DNA from: an uncultured Lachnospiraceae bacterium
GTDB taxonomy: Bacteria; Bacillota; Clostridia; Lachnospirales; Lachnospiraceae
DNA: 64,000 nt
NCBI GenBank assembly: GCA_947382645.1
Contig: CANDAE010000010.1
Coordinates: 52,097 to 116,096, forward strand
Direction: 5' to 3'
Shown: positions 1-8,917 of the stretch, one piece after another
Layout: the number at the start of each line of letters is the position of its first letter
How positions within the stretch are numbered: position 1 is the stretch's first letter
The notes under the pieces: model-generated
Told to the model about the DNA's origin: nothing
The model's input: only the letters and a program-made list of their open reading frames with translations
The model's database searches: none
Program-made: the position numbers and the translations under genes

Positions 1-2
1 AT

Positions 3-443
3 GTAAAAACAGAAGTGGAATATACTACGGAAGAAGGTATTCCCTACGTGTGGCGTCCCGCGCAAATCTCCAGTTTTCAGGTTGGATATATTCTTCAGGT
101 TGCAAATGACGGTATCCGGCATAATCGCAGAGAATGCTTTCGTGTAGGAGTCTCCACCAGCGGAAAGCTGTTTGTAAACGGCAGAGGTGCAAAACCGGTT
201 ACCGTTCGTGATATCAGTCTTACAGGATTCTCCATCGCTGATAAAGTCAGGGATTTAAATTTTGAAGAAGGAGATCAGGCCAATCTTTATTTTGAGGATC
301 TGGGATATGTTCTTGACCTTTCAGGAACAGTAGTAAGAATTGAAAAACGCGACCACATGAATATATATGGATTCACCATTGGAAACATATGCAAAGACCT
401 GCCACCGTATATCAATGCAAAGCAAAGACATAACTGGAAGTGA
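3..443 (+). CDS. PilZ-domain (c-di-GMP-binding, YcgR-like) protein, 5'-partial
   Basis: Frame is open from the window edge. RRECFRV matches the PilZ RxxxR motif and DISLTGF matches D/NxSxxG. Confidence 0.8.
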   Translation, partial: VKTEVEYTTEEGIPYVWRPAQISSFQVGYILQVANDGIRHNRRECFRVGVSTSGKLFVNGRGAKPVTVRDISLTGFSIADKVRDLNFEEGDQANLYFEDLGYVLDLSGTVVRIEKRDHMNIYGFTIGNICKDLPPYINAKQRHNWK

Positions 444-457
444 CAGGCCTCTTGCCA

Positions 458-1102
458 TTATTCAATCTTAGAATATCCAAATGCATTGGCAAATGCATCT
501 ATTTTTTCTCCATTTTTGCAAAGAGAGCAGCCTTCCGGATTATATGTTTTATATTCCGGAATATCTGTTGTCGTAAAAAGAGAGTTAATTGGAATTCCCA
601 TTACACTATTGGCAGCGCTGAAAATTGCACTGATTCCACTGATCTTTGCGCCATAATAGCGAAGCGCCTGGGCTGCTTTTACGATTGTCTGCCCGGTAGT
701 TGCAGAGGCAAGCAATAAAAGCACATTTTTATCACGAATCATGGGAACCATATTTTCTCTGAACACAAGCTGGCCGGAATTAACGTATTCCGGAGTAACG
801 ATATAAATCGTTTTATGAGAATTCATGGAGTACACACCGGCTTTGGTCAAATCTTCTGCCAAAAATGCACCAATAATCTCACAGCCATCAATACAGACAA
901 TTGTATCTACAATAGTAGTTGCCAGAATCTGTCCGCTAAGCGCCTTTGCCGCTGCTGAAGCTTCACTGAGCCTGCACTTTAAGGTTGCCATATCAAGGAA
1001 ATAATTGACATGGGAATTGGGCGTTACAAAATGCCCGGGAATTGCCTTTAATACCACATCATGGTGCTCTTTTGATTTGATTTTTACAGCTTTACTCTGC
1101 AT
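458..1102 (-). CDS. Phosphoribosyltransferase-fold protein (orotate PRTase-like, degenerate PRPP loop)
   Basis: Type I PRTase-like sequence (YFLDM, VLLLLASATTG, GISAIF). Start moved to the ATG at 1102, which follows an AAGGAGG RBS. Confidence 0.65.
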   Translation of the reverse strand: MQSKAVKIKSKEHHDVVLKAIPGHFVTPNSHVNYFLDMATLKCRLSEASAAAKALSGQILATTIVDTIVCIDGCEIIGAFLAEDLTKAGVYSMNSHKTIYIVTPEYVNSGQLVFRENMVPMIRDKNVLLLLASATTGQTIVKAAQALRYYGAKISGISAIFSAANSVMGIPINSLFTTTDIPEYKTYNPEGCSLCKNGEKIDAFANAFGYSKIE

Positions 1103-1128
1103 AAACGTACCTCCTTTTAGAAACAAAT

Positions 1129-2853
1129 TTATTGCAATTTGAACTTATTTACTTCATCATTTAATTTTATGGAAATATTTTTGTTCAAATCTGCTTCTCC
1201 ACTGATATCTCTTACCCTCATAGTTAATTCTGATGACATTTCAGCTACATTTGTTATTCCCTGTGCGCTGTCTTCCATTGCATCATTTACCATAGAGACC
1301 GCATCCTTAATTCCATCAATGCTTTCCCGAAGCTTCCGGCTCTCTATGGCAAATTCTTCCATAAGACCGCCCATATTCCCCACATCATTCTGATAGCTTT
1401 CACTGGTTTCCAAAAGCTTTTGAAAACCTTCTATTGCTGTTTCACCCATAAAAGCAAGCATATTTTCCGCTTCCCTGGCAAGCTCTTCCACAGCTTCCGT
1501 CACATTATCGCTTACTTCACGAATCTGTGCTGCCGCCTGTGCGGAATTTGCCGCCAGTTTGCCAATTTCATTTGCAACTACTGCAAATCCCCTTCCGGCT
1601 TCTCCCGCCCTGGCAGCTTCTATACTTGCATTTAACGCAAGCAGATTTGTCTGTCCGGTAATGCTTATGATATTTGACGTCAATTCACCGATTTGCTCAA
1701 CTGTTCTGGACTTTTCTATTTTATCATTGACTGCCGCTGCCATAACCTGTGTCTTTTCATTGGCTTCTTTCTGGTTCTTAACAGCCGCCTGATAAATATC
1801 CGCTGCCTTCTTCATAATTTCTTCAGAGGAGCTTTGTCCTTCATCCGCCTTTTGGGAAATATCTTCAATTGCATGGTAGATGTCTCCAATGGAATCATGA
1901 ACCTGGCTTAAGGAGCAGCTTGTTTCTTCAACTGCCGCACTCATTTCCTCCATAGTTGCAGACACATCTGCAATATTTCCCTCCGCTTCAAAAAGGCTTT
2001 TTACTACATTTTTCGAAGAAACGCCCAACTGTTTTGAATTATCCGCAATATGAAGCATAATTGATCTGATATATTCCAGAAGTGCGTTAACATTTCCAGC
2101 AATCAGCTCCATTTCATCACCGGTTCGTATTTCCAGCTTTTGTGTCAGATCCCCTTCATTATGTACCAGTTCATATATTTTCTTATCTACCCGCTTAAGG
2201 CTCCTTGTAATGCTTCCTATAATCAGATATAGCAAGATAAGCGCTGCTGCCAGACAAATTGCTCCAAGTATAAATATCCATTGTCTTAATTGATTTAACT
2301 CATAAACCACATGAGACGCGTCATAATCACAGCCAAGAATTGCCGAAACTTTACCTTCCGAATCTAAAACAGGTTTATAAACCGAAATAAGATCCCCATC
2401 CTCTGTGGAATCAATGTAATCCTGTACATAAGCGTTTCCCTGAAAAACACTTTTCAGCTCTTCATACGGCGTATCAAACACATCCCCCGGCTGCATCTGC
2501 CCATCGCTTTCATCCGTATCTACTCCATAGTAGACCTGCTTTCCATCCGTATATAAGGTATACATATAAGCAATTCCAAAACTTTTCTGCATATTGCGCA
2601 TAACTGTCAGGAGCTTTTGGTATTCTTCCGTTTCCATACTGCCAGGCACAATTGCCTTCACCATATCGCCATCCACCATCTTTTGTGCGATTTCAGCCAC
2701 CATTCCGGCTTCTTCCACCCCTGTTGCAACCATCACGTTTTCCATGCGCTGAAAAGAATTAATTCCCATGACCAGGCAAATTCCAATCACTACTATGGTA
2801 ATTGGAAGCAGGATTTTAACCTTGATACTCATGATTCTTGATTTTTCCTTCAT
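1129..2853 (-). CDS. Methyl-accepting chemotaxis protein
   Basis: Two TM helices flank an extracellular sensor domain, followed by HAMP and the signalling hairpin [27 protein letters not shown]. Start placed at ATG 2853 after GGAGG; the longer ORF runs through a repeat element. Confidence 0.95.
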   Translation of the reverse strand: MKEKSRIMSIKVKILLPITIVVIGICLVMGINSFQRMENVMVATGVEEAGMVAEIAQKMVDGDMVKAIVPGSMETEEYQKLLTVMRNMQKSFGIAYMYTLYTDGKQVYYGVDTDESDGQMQPGDVFDTPYEELKSVFQGNAYVQDYIDSTEDGDLISVYKPVLDSEGKVSAILGCDYDASHVVYELNQLRQWIFILGAICLAAALILLYLIIGSITRSLKRVDKKIYELVHNEGDLTQKLEIRTGDEMELIAGNVNALLEYIRSIMLHIADNSKQLGVSSKNVVKSLFEAEGNIADVSATMEEMSAAVEETSCSLSQVHDSIGDIYHAIEDISQKADEGQSSSEEIMKKAADIYQAAVKNQKEANEKTQVMAAAVNDKIEKSRTVEQIGELTSNIISITGQTNLLALNASIEAARAGEAGRGFAVVANEIGKLAANSAQAAAQIREVSDNVTEAVEELAREAENMLAFMGETAIEGFQKLLETSESYQNDVGNMGGLMEEFAIESRKLRESIDGIKDAVSMVNDAMEDSAQGITNVAEMSSELTMRVRDISGEADLNKNISIKLNDEVNKFKLQ

Positions 2854-2864
2854 TTTTTCCTCCA

Positions 2865-2986
2865 TGCGGAGCTGTTTTTGCGAAGGCCGCGAGCCAAATT
2901 TCAAATTTGGCTCTGCGATATTGAGTTTGTGGCTCCGGCACAAACTCGTAGTTGAAAAATCAGCACATCAGTGTGATTTTTCAACC
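2865..2986. repeat. Three-hairpin dispersed repeat, copy 1 (122 bp; MITE-like or structured leader RNA)
   Basis: Matches 15800-15922 with 6 substitutions and 1 indel. Inverted repeats: gagccaaattt/aaatttggctc, gagtttgtg/cacaaactc and gttgaaaaatca/tgatttttcaac. Confidence 0.9.
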
Positions 2987-3086
2987 TTACTCCCATCTGC
3001 TCCTTTTAACAGGCACTTAAATACTCCCTTGTTATATTTTAACAAATTAGTCTGATAAAATCTATAGCTTCTTATTAATTTCCTAC

Positions 3087-3130
3087 AAAAAAGCAGCCTG
3101 CCCATATAACTATAAAAAGGACAAGCTGCT
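3087..3130 (-). terminator. Intrinsic terminator after the AhcY-family gene
   Basis: On the minus strand, agcagcttgtcc...gggcaggctgct is followed by a T run. Confidence 0.6.
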
Positions 3131-3137
3131 GATAACT

Positions 3138-4388
3138 TTATTCCAAAGTATAACTGTTTAAATATTTTTCCTGCTCAGGCGTAAGCACGTCAATCTCTTT
3201 TCCCAAAAATGCAAGTTTTCTCTTTGCCACATCCTGGTCTACTGATCTGGGCACGTCAATTAATTTTTCCGTAAGCTCACTTCCATGTTCAACCAGATAC
3301 TTTGCAGAAAGCGCCTGAATTGCAAAACTCATATCCATAATTTCCGCCGGATGTCCATCGCCTGCTGCAAGATTCACAAGTCTTCCCTCTGCAAGAACAA
3401 AGATCCACTGTCCGGTAGGCAGCTTATATCCCATAATGTTCTTTCTCTGCTCCCTGGTCTCCACCGCAATTTCACGAAGCCTTGCCATATCGATCTCACA
3501 GTCAAAATGTCCCGCATTACAAAGAATCGCGCCATCCTTCATTACCTTGAAATCTTCCTCGTCAATTACTTTATCACATCCGGTAACCGTTACAAAGAAA
3601 TCACCCACTTTGGCCGCTTCATTCATTGGCATAACATCAAATCCATCCATTACAGCTTCAATTGCCTTAATGGGATCGATTTCCGTTACAATTACTCTTG
3701 CTCCAAGTCCTTTCGCCCTCATGGCCGTGCCCTTACCACACCAGCCGTAACCTGCTACAACTACAATCTTGCCCGCCACAATCAGATTTGTGGTACGGTT
3801 AATTCCATCCCATACAGACTGGCCGGTACCATAACGATTATCAAATAAGTGCTTGCAGTCTGCATTATTTACACGAACCATCGGGAATTTCAATTCTCCA
3901 GCCTTATTCATTGCCTCCAGTCTGATAATTCCTGTAGTGGTTTCCTCGCAGCCGCCTATAATATTTGGAATCAGTTCCGGCATATGGGTGTGCACCATAT
4001 TCACCAGATCTCCCCCGTCATCAATAATAATATTGGGACCTGCCTCCAGCACGTGGCGGATATGAGTTTCATATTCCTCCGGCGTACAGTCATACCAGGC
4101 ATGAACTTCAAGCCCGGCTTTTACCAGTGCTGCTGCCACATCATCCTGAGTGGAAAGGGGATTGGAGCCTGTCACAAACATCTGCGCTCCGCCTGCCTTA
4201 AGCACCAGGCACAGATAGGCTGTTTTTGCCTCCAAATGTACGGAAAGTGCAATCTTTTTTCCCTCAAAGGGTTTCGTCTTTCCAAATTCTTCTTCCAAAG
4301 TCCGGAGAAGATCACAGTTTCTTTTTACCCATTCGATCTTACGCTCTCCTGATTCGGCTAAATTAATGTCTCTGATTTCACTGCTCAT
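3138..4388 (-). CDS. ahcY: Adenosylhomocysteinase-family hydrolase (short type; likely S-inosylhomocysteine-preferring)
   Basis: Motifs GSNPLSTQDDVAAAL, GCEETTTG, KHLFDNRYGTGQS, GYGWCGKG and GRLVNL. The nucleobase-binding motif reads HLEAK. Confidence 0.95.
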   Translation of the reverse strand: MSSEIRDINLAESGERKIEWVKRNCDLLRTLEEEFGKTKPFEGKKIALSVHLEAKTAYLCLVLKAGGAQMFVTGSNPLSTQDDVAAALVKAGLEVHAWYDCTPEEYETHIRHVLEAGPNIIIDDGGDLVNMVHTHMPELIPNIIGGCEETTTGIIRLEAMNKAGELKFPMVRVNNADCKHLFDNRYGTGQSVWDGINRTTNLIVAGKIVVVAGYGWCGKGTAMRAKGLGARVIVTEIDPIKAIEAVMDGFDVMPMNEAAKVGDFFVTVTGCDKVIDEEDFKVMKDGAILCNAGHFDCEIDMARLREIAVETREQRKNIMGYKLPTGQWIFVLAEGRLVNLAAGDGHPAEIMDMSFAIQALSAKYLVEHGSELTEKLIDVPRSVDQDVAKRKLAFLGKEIDVLTPEQEKYLNSYTLE

Positions 4389-4508
4389 TTTTCATTTCCT
4401 CCAATAAAATTAAGATAGTCAGCCGAATTTTTATTATAGTGATGGTCGTCTGTCCTATCATCACTTTTTATGACAACTGCACAGCAGTTACATACTTGAT
4501 TAAGCAGA

Positions 4509-5810
4509 TTAATATTCTTTCTTGTCCAGTCCCATACGGACAATAATTTCATTGACTTTTTTATACACTAATTCTTCATCCAGCGTCAAGACTTTCCTCT
4601 CTTCCATTGTAACTTTTCCGTCAATGATAACTGTCTCCACCTCTGAGCCATTTGCAGAATAAGATAATCCTGCAATCAGATTGTTTCTGGGTGTCAGGGA
4701 AGGCGTATTCAAATTAAGAATTGCCATATCAGCCTTTTTTCCAATTTCCAAAGAGCCTGTCACCTCGGAAAGCCCAAGAGCTTTCGCCCCATTAATGGTT
4801 GCAATGCGGAACCCTTCTGCTGCACTGATGCATTGAGGCGTTTTCTTAACCCCCTTGTGAATCAACGTTAGTAAACTTAATTCGTGGAACAGATTCAGAC
4901 TGTTATTGCTGGCCGCTCCGTCTGTTCCAAGGCAGACATTAATCCCCTTTTCAAGCATGGCAGGTACTGGCGCAAACCCGTTGCCCAGCTTCATATTGCT
5001 GGCAGGATTGGTTACCACGCTCACATTTTTCGCCTTTAAAATCTCCATATCCCTTTCCGTAATCTGTACGCAGTGGGCAGCAATGGCAGGCACATCAAAC
5101 AAACCGTTTTTATCCGCCATTTCAATAGGAGAACACCCATATTTTTCTTTGATCTGCTCTATCTCGCTTTCACTTTCAGATAAATGCACATGAATCCCCA
5201 TATGATTCTTTTTTGCTTCCTCTGAGACAATGCGCATAAAGGCATCATCACAGGTGTAGGGAGCATGAGGCCCAAGCATAAAGGTTAATCTGTCACAGTC
5301 TTTTGCTGCATCCCTCTCCTCATATGCCTGTTTTAATCTGATCTGGCCTGCCTCGTTATCTCCGCTTCCAATCAGCCCCCGGCAGATGACTGCACGCATA
5401 CCTGATTCCTTCACCGCCCTTGTGGTCTGGTGAATATTCATCTGCATATCGTTAAAGCAGGTGGTACCACTTTTCATCATTTCAATAATTGCAAGACAGG
5501 CGCCCCAATAGGTATCCTCATCCGTCATCTGCTGTTCAATGGGATCAATGGTTCCAAACAGCCAGTCCATAAAGCTGAGGTCATCCGCCACATTTCTCAT
5601 AAAGGACATGTAAGAGTGAGTATGGCAGTTGATCAGTCCAGGAATCACAAGCCTGTCCTTTCCATCAATCACCTTATCCGGCAAAAAGCCTTCCGGCTTC
5701 GTTCCAATACCGGCAATCTTATCCCCTTCAATATAAATATCTGTTTCCCTGATTACATCTTTTTCTCCTTCCGGCAGAACCGCCAGAATGTTTTTTAATA
5801 AGATTCCCAT
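4509..5810 (-). CDS. mtaD: 5'-methylthioadenosine/S-adenosylhomocysteine deaminase (amidohydrolase)
   Basis: Motifs PGLINCHTH, GPHAPYTC, HVHLSE, AAHCV, NPASNMKLGNG and GTDGAASNN. Lies immediately upstream of the ahcY-family gene. Confidence 0.85.
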   Translation of the reverse strand: MGILLKNILAVLPEGEKDVIRETDIYIEGDKIAGIGTKPEGFLPDKVIDGKDRLVIPGLINCHTHSYMSFMRNVADDLSFMDWLFGTIDPIEQQMTDEDTYWGACLAIIEMMKSGTTCFNDMQMNIHQTTRAVKESGMRAVICRGLIGSGDNEAGQIRLKQAYEERDAAKDCDRLTFMLGPHAPYTCDDAFMRIVSEEAKKNHMGIHVHLSESESEIEQIKEKYGCSPIEMADKNGLFDVPAIAAHCVQITERDMEILKAKNVSVVTNPASNMKLGNGFAPVPAMLEKGINVCLGTDGAASNNSLNLFHELSLLTLIHKGVKKTPQCISAAEGFRIATINGAKALGLSEVTGSLEIGKKADMAILNLNTPSLTPRNNLIAGLSYSANGSEVETVIIDGKVTMEERKVLTLDEELVYKKVNEIIVRMGLDKKEY

Positions 5811-5987
5811 AGCACTTTCTCCATTCCACTATAATATATTTATGATTTATATCCCTTGCAGCCCATAAGGAATTATCCGTCTTGCTGCTTAAGCCCATTG
5901 AAGATGATATTCTCCATAAATTATACTTCATCCAAATAAATTATACAATTGATAATGAAGCTTTTTGCAAATAGCGGCATCAAAAGT

Positions 5988-6020
5988 AAAAAAGAGGTTC
6001 ACCAACTGTTCCGGTGAACC
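5988..6020 (-). terminator. Intrinsic terminator of the ROK/sugar operon
   Basis: Perfect 8-bp stem ggttcacc/ggtgaacc followed by tctttttt on the minus strand. Confidence 0.7.
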
Positions 6021-6066
6021 CCATACACTCCCGTCAAATAAAATTTCTACCAAAAAGTAATATTGT

Positions 6067-6921
6067 TTATTCAACAGAAGAAGCCAATTCCACGATCTTA
6101 TCTACCGCTGTTTTATTTGACACAATGGATACTTCAGGAAACTGCCTATAGTTTGGCAGCATTTCCAATATCACGTAATCATCATATCCTATTTTATTCA
6201 AAGACTGTGCAACTTCTTTAAAATCAACGTCTCCTGCAAACAGATCTACAAAAGCACCAAGCCCCGACTGCGAAGTACGATAATCAGATAAATGTATCTT
6301 TTTAATATCGGTGTCCAAAATTTCTATCCAGTCGCCGGGATACCCAATATACATAATATTCCCCACATCAAAATAAACCCCTACATTGGGTGAGCCTACT
6401 TCTTTGATCAAACGTTTCATTTCCAAAGGGGACAGCAGAAAACGGTTCCATACATTTTCTATCCCAATATTTACATTGGCTTTTTCTGCTTCAGGCGCCA
6501 GAATCTCCAATGCACTCCGACATCTGTCATATGCAATATCATACCTGACTCTTTCAGGTTCTGATGCAAAGTCACAGCCCACATAACCTGGTACAATCAG
6601 GATGGTATCTGCTCCCAGCAGATGTGCCGCTTCAATCTGTTTTTTTACAATGTCCATAGCTCTTTTTGCTGTTTTGGCATCATTTGATATCAGGTTATTT
6701 TCCCACAGTGCCCATACCCCCACACTTGGTATTTCCAATCCAAAGTCATCTGCCAGATTCTTTATTTCCTTTATTTGTGCAACCGTTGAATTAGGATTTA
6801 AATACCCGTTTTCACTTAAAACAGGTTCTGCTCCGTCATATCCCGCCGCTTTTATTTTACCAAAAACATTTTTTAAATCCGCATCTGTCGTAAAGGAAAA
6901 CAAACTTACTCCTGTCTTCAT
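6067..6921 (-). CDS. Sugar phosphate isomerase/epimerase (xylose isomerase-like TIM barrel)
   Basis: Metal-ligand pattern GIENVWN, YFDVGN, IHLSD and ILEM. Start placed after GGAGG. Confidence 0.85.
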   Translation of the reverse strand: MKTGVSLFSFTTDADLKNVFGKIKAAGYDGAEPVLSENGYLNPNSTVAQIKEIKNLADDFGLEIPSVGVWALWENNLISNDAKTAKRAMDIVKKQIEAAHLLGADTILIVPGYVGCDFASEPERVRYDIAYDRCRSALEILAPEAEKANVNIGIENVWNRFLLSPLEMKRLIKEVGSPNVGVYFDVGNIMYIGYPGDWIEILDTDIKKIHLSDYRTSQSGLGAFVDLFAGDVDFKEVAQSLNKIGYDDYVILEMLPNYRQFPEVSIVSNKTAVDKIVELASSVE

Positions 6922-6951
6922 TCCAACCTCCATAACTTTGTTTCAGCACAA

Positions 6952-7956
6952 TTAATAGGAAACCTTAATTTTTTCCCCAGTCTCTAAAGATGTCTGGATT
7001 GCTTCTATGGTGCAAAGTACGTTTCTTACATCCTCCATACAAATAACTTCAGATTCCCTATCCTTTTCCACACAATCCAGAAAATGAAGCAGTTCTGTTT
7101 GATAGGCATCCGTTTCATCAAGAGGAAGTACAATTACCGCCCCGTCTTCATAGATTTTTGTTTCCCTTTTTGCGCTTGCAACATCTTCTAAATTAGCTCC
7201 GGCCTTCATTATATAATCATAGACCTTTTTCTCGCCAACCAGACGAAGCTGCATAGTAAAAGGATATCCTTTTACCATTTCAATGATACCCTCGATTGTT
7301 GCACTGATTCCATTGGGAAAGCTCAGGATACTCATAACATGGTTCCAGCAGCCATATGTATTTTTCTGCCCTGCTGCATATACATATTCAGCTTTTCCAA
7401 GCAGATAACATATATAATCCACATCATGCAAATGTAAATCAAATAATCCCCCTCCGCTGTTTTCTACCCTTCTATACCATTCACTCCATGCCGGATGCTC
7501 TGACAATCTGGCTGCATAAACTGCCTTTAAATCTCCAAAGTCTCCGCTGTCATATCTCTTTTTAGCCTCCACATATTCCGGCCAGAAACGTACTACCTGC
7601 CCCACAAACATTCTTTTACCGCTTTGTCTGACTGCCTGCATCATCCCATCTAATTTTTTTACTGAGAAAGTAACCGGTTTTTCACAAAATACATGTTTCT
7701 TATATTTTGCTGCAATCATCACATATTCTTCATGTAAAAAGGTAGGCACGCAAATATCTATAACATCTGTTTCGCATTGCTTCAGTAAATCTTCTATCTC
7801 TTCAAAATAGGCACATTGAAATTCCTCTGCAAATTTTTCTCCGAGTTCTCTGTTTTTATCACATAGTCCAATTATCTGGGCATTCTCGGCCTTTTTATAA
7901 ATCTGGGCATGGGTTCTGCCCATAAATCCGGCTCCTATAATTGCTACTTTTATCAT
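6952..7956 (-). CDS. Gfo/Idh/MocA family oxidoreductase
   Basis: Motifs IIGAGFMGRTH, HVFCEKP and GGGLFDLHLHDVD. Confidence 0.92.
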   Translation of the reverse strand: MIKVAIIGAGFMGRTHAQIYKKAENAQIIGLCDKNRELGEKFAEEFQCAYFEEIEDLLKQCETDVIDICVPTFLHEEYVMIAAKYKKHVFCEKPVTFSVKKLDGMMQAVRQSGKRMFVGQVVRFWPEYVEAKKRYDSGDFGDLKAVYAARLSEHPAWSEWYRRVENSGGGLFDLHLHDVDYICYLLGKAEYVYAAGQKNTYGCWNHVMSILSFPNGISATIEGIIEMVKGYPFTMQLRLVGEKKVYDYIMKAGANLEDVASAKRETKIYEDGAVIVLPLDETDAYQTELLHFLDCVEKDRESEVICMEDVRNVLCTIEAIQTSLETGEKIKVSY

Positions 7957-7969
7957 ATCCTGCCTCCTG

Positions 7970-8917
7970 TTATTTGTTTTTCTTCATATTATTTAAATTG
8001 CTGAGTACTACCGCACATACAATAATTGCTCCCGTAATAATCGTCTGAATGTATGTTTCCACCTGTAAAATGTTCATTGCATTGCTGATGACACCCATTA
8101 AAATACATCCCAGAAATGCCCCGGAAATAGTGCCTTTTCCACCATCAAAAGTTACACCGCCTATAATTGCCGCCGTCAATGCATTGGTTTCATAACCGTT
8201 TCCGGCATTGGCTGTAATTGAATCTATTCTTGCTGAAAAAATAATTGCTGCTATGGCACAGAAAAATCCGGCAATTCCATAAATAATCACTTTATATTTT
8301 ACTATATTGATTCCTAATAAAAAGGCGTTTTTTTCATTGCCGCCAAGAGCAACAATACGCCGGCCAAATTTTGTTCTGTTCATAATTACATAAGAAATCA
8401 ACACCATCGCCATAAGCACAAACAGCATAACCGGAAAAACATCAAAGAGTTTCGTCTTTCCAATGGCATTAAATGCACCCCCAAAGCTCATAATCCTGCC
8501 GCTGGAAATCGTAAGCGCAAGCCCATAAAACATCTGGCTCGTTCCCAATGTGATAATAAGCGGAATACATTTACTTTTTGCTATGATAATACCATTCAAA
8601 ACGCCGCACAAAACTGCTGTTGCCAAGCCTGCCAAAACTGCCAGTACCACATTTCCATTTATACTGATAACCTGCGCCATTACCACGCCCGACAGCACCA
8701 TCATATTTCCAATTGACAGATCAATTCCGCCGCTGATTAAAAGCATACTCATGGCCATTGTCAAAATGCCAATTACCGATATCTGTTGAAAAATGGTAAT
8801 CAGGTTTTTAACTGCTATAAATCTGGGATTAATCATCGCCACAATGGCCACGATTGCCACAATCACAAAACTGAGTAAAATTCTCTGGTCCTTTAAAATC
8901 TTAATTTTATTTTTCAT
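7970..8917 (-). CDS. Monosaccharide ABC transporter permease (RbsC-like)
   Basis: Motifs GGIDLSIG, GRRIVALGGNEKNA and IAAAIIGG-like; hydrophobic throughout. Confidence 0.92.
   Translation of the reverse strand: MKNKIKILKDQRILLSFVIVAIVAIVAMINPRFIAVKNLITIFQQISVIGILTMAMSMLLISGGIDLSIGNMMVLSGVVMAQVISINGNVVLAVLAGLATAVLCGVLNGIIIAKSKCIPLIITLGTSQMFYGLALTISSGRIMSFGGAFNAIGKTKLFDVFPVMLFVLMAMVLISYVIMNRTKFGRRIVALGGNEKNAFLLGINIVKYKVIIYGIAGFFCAIAAIIFSARIDSITANAGNGYETNALTAAIIGGVTFDGGKGTISGAFLGCILMGVISNAMNILQVETYIQTIITGAIIVCAVVLSNLNNMKKNK

Noticed and set aside
2854-2943. 30-aa N-terminal extension of the MCP ORF ([30 protein letters not shown])
   Set aside because: It is the translated 122-bp repeat; the RBS-supported start is 2853.
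5811-5990. Possible SAM/SAH riboswitch upstream of mtaD-ahcY
   Set aside because: I could not find the SAM-I core or SAH motif by eye; an Rfam scan would settle it.
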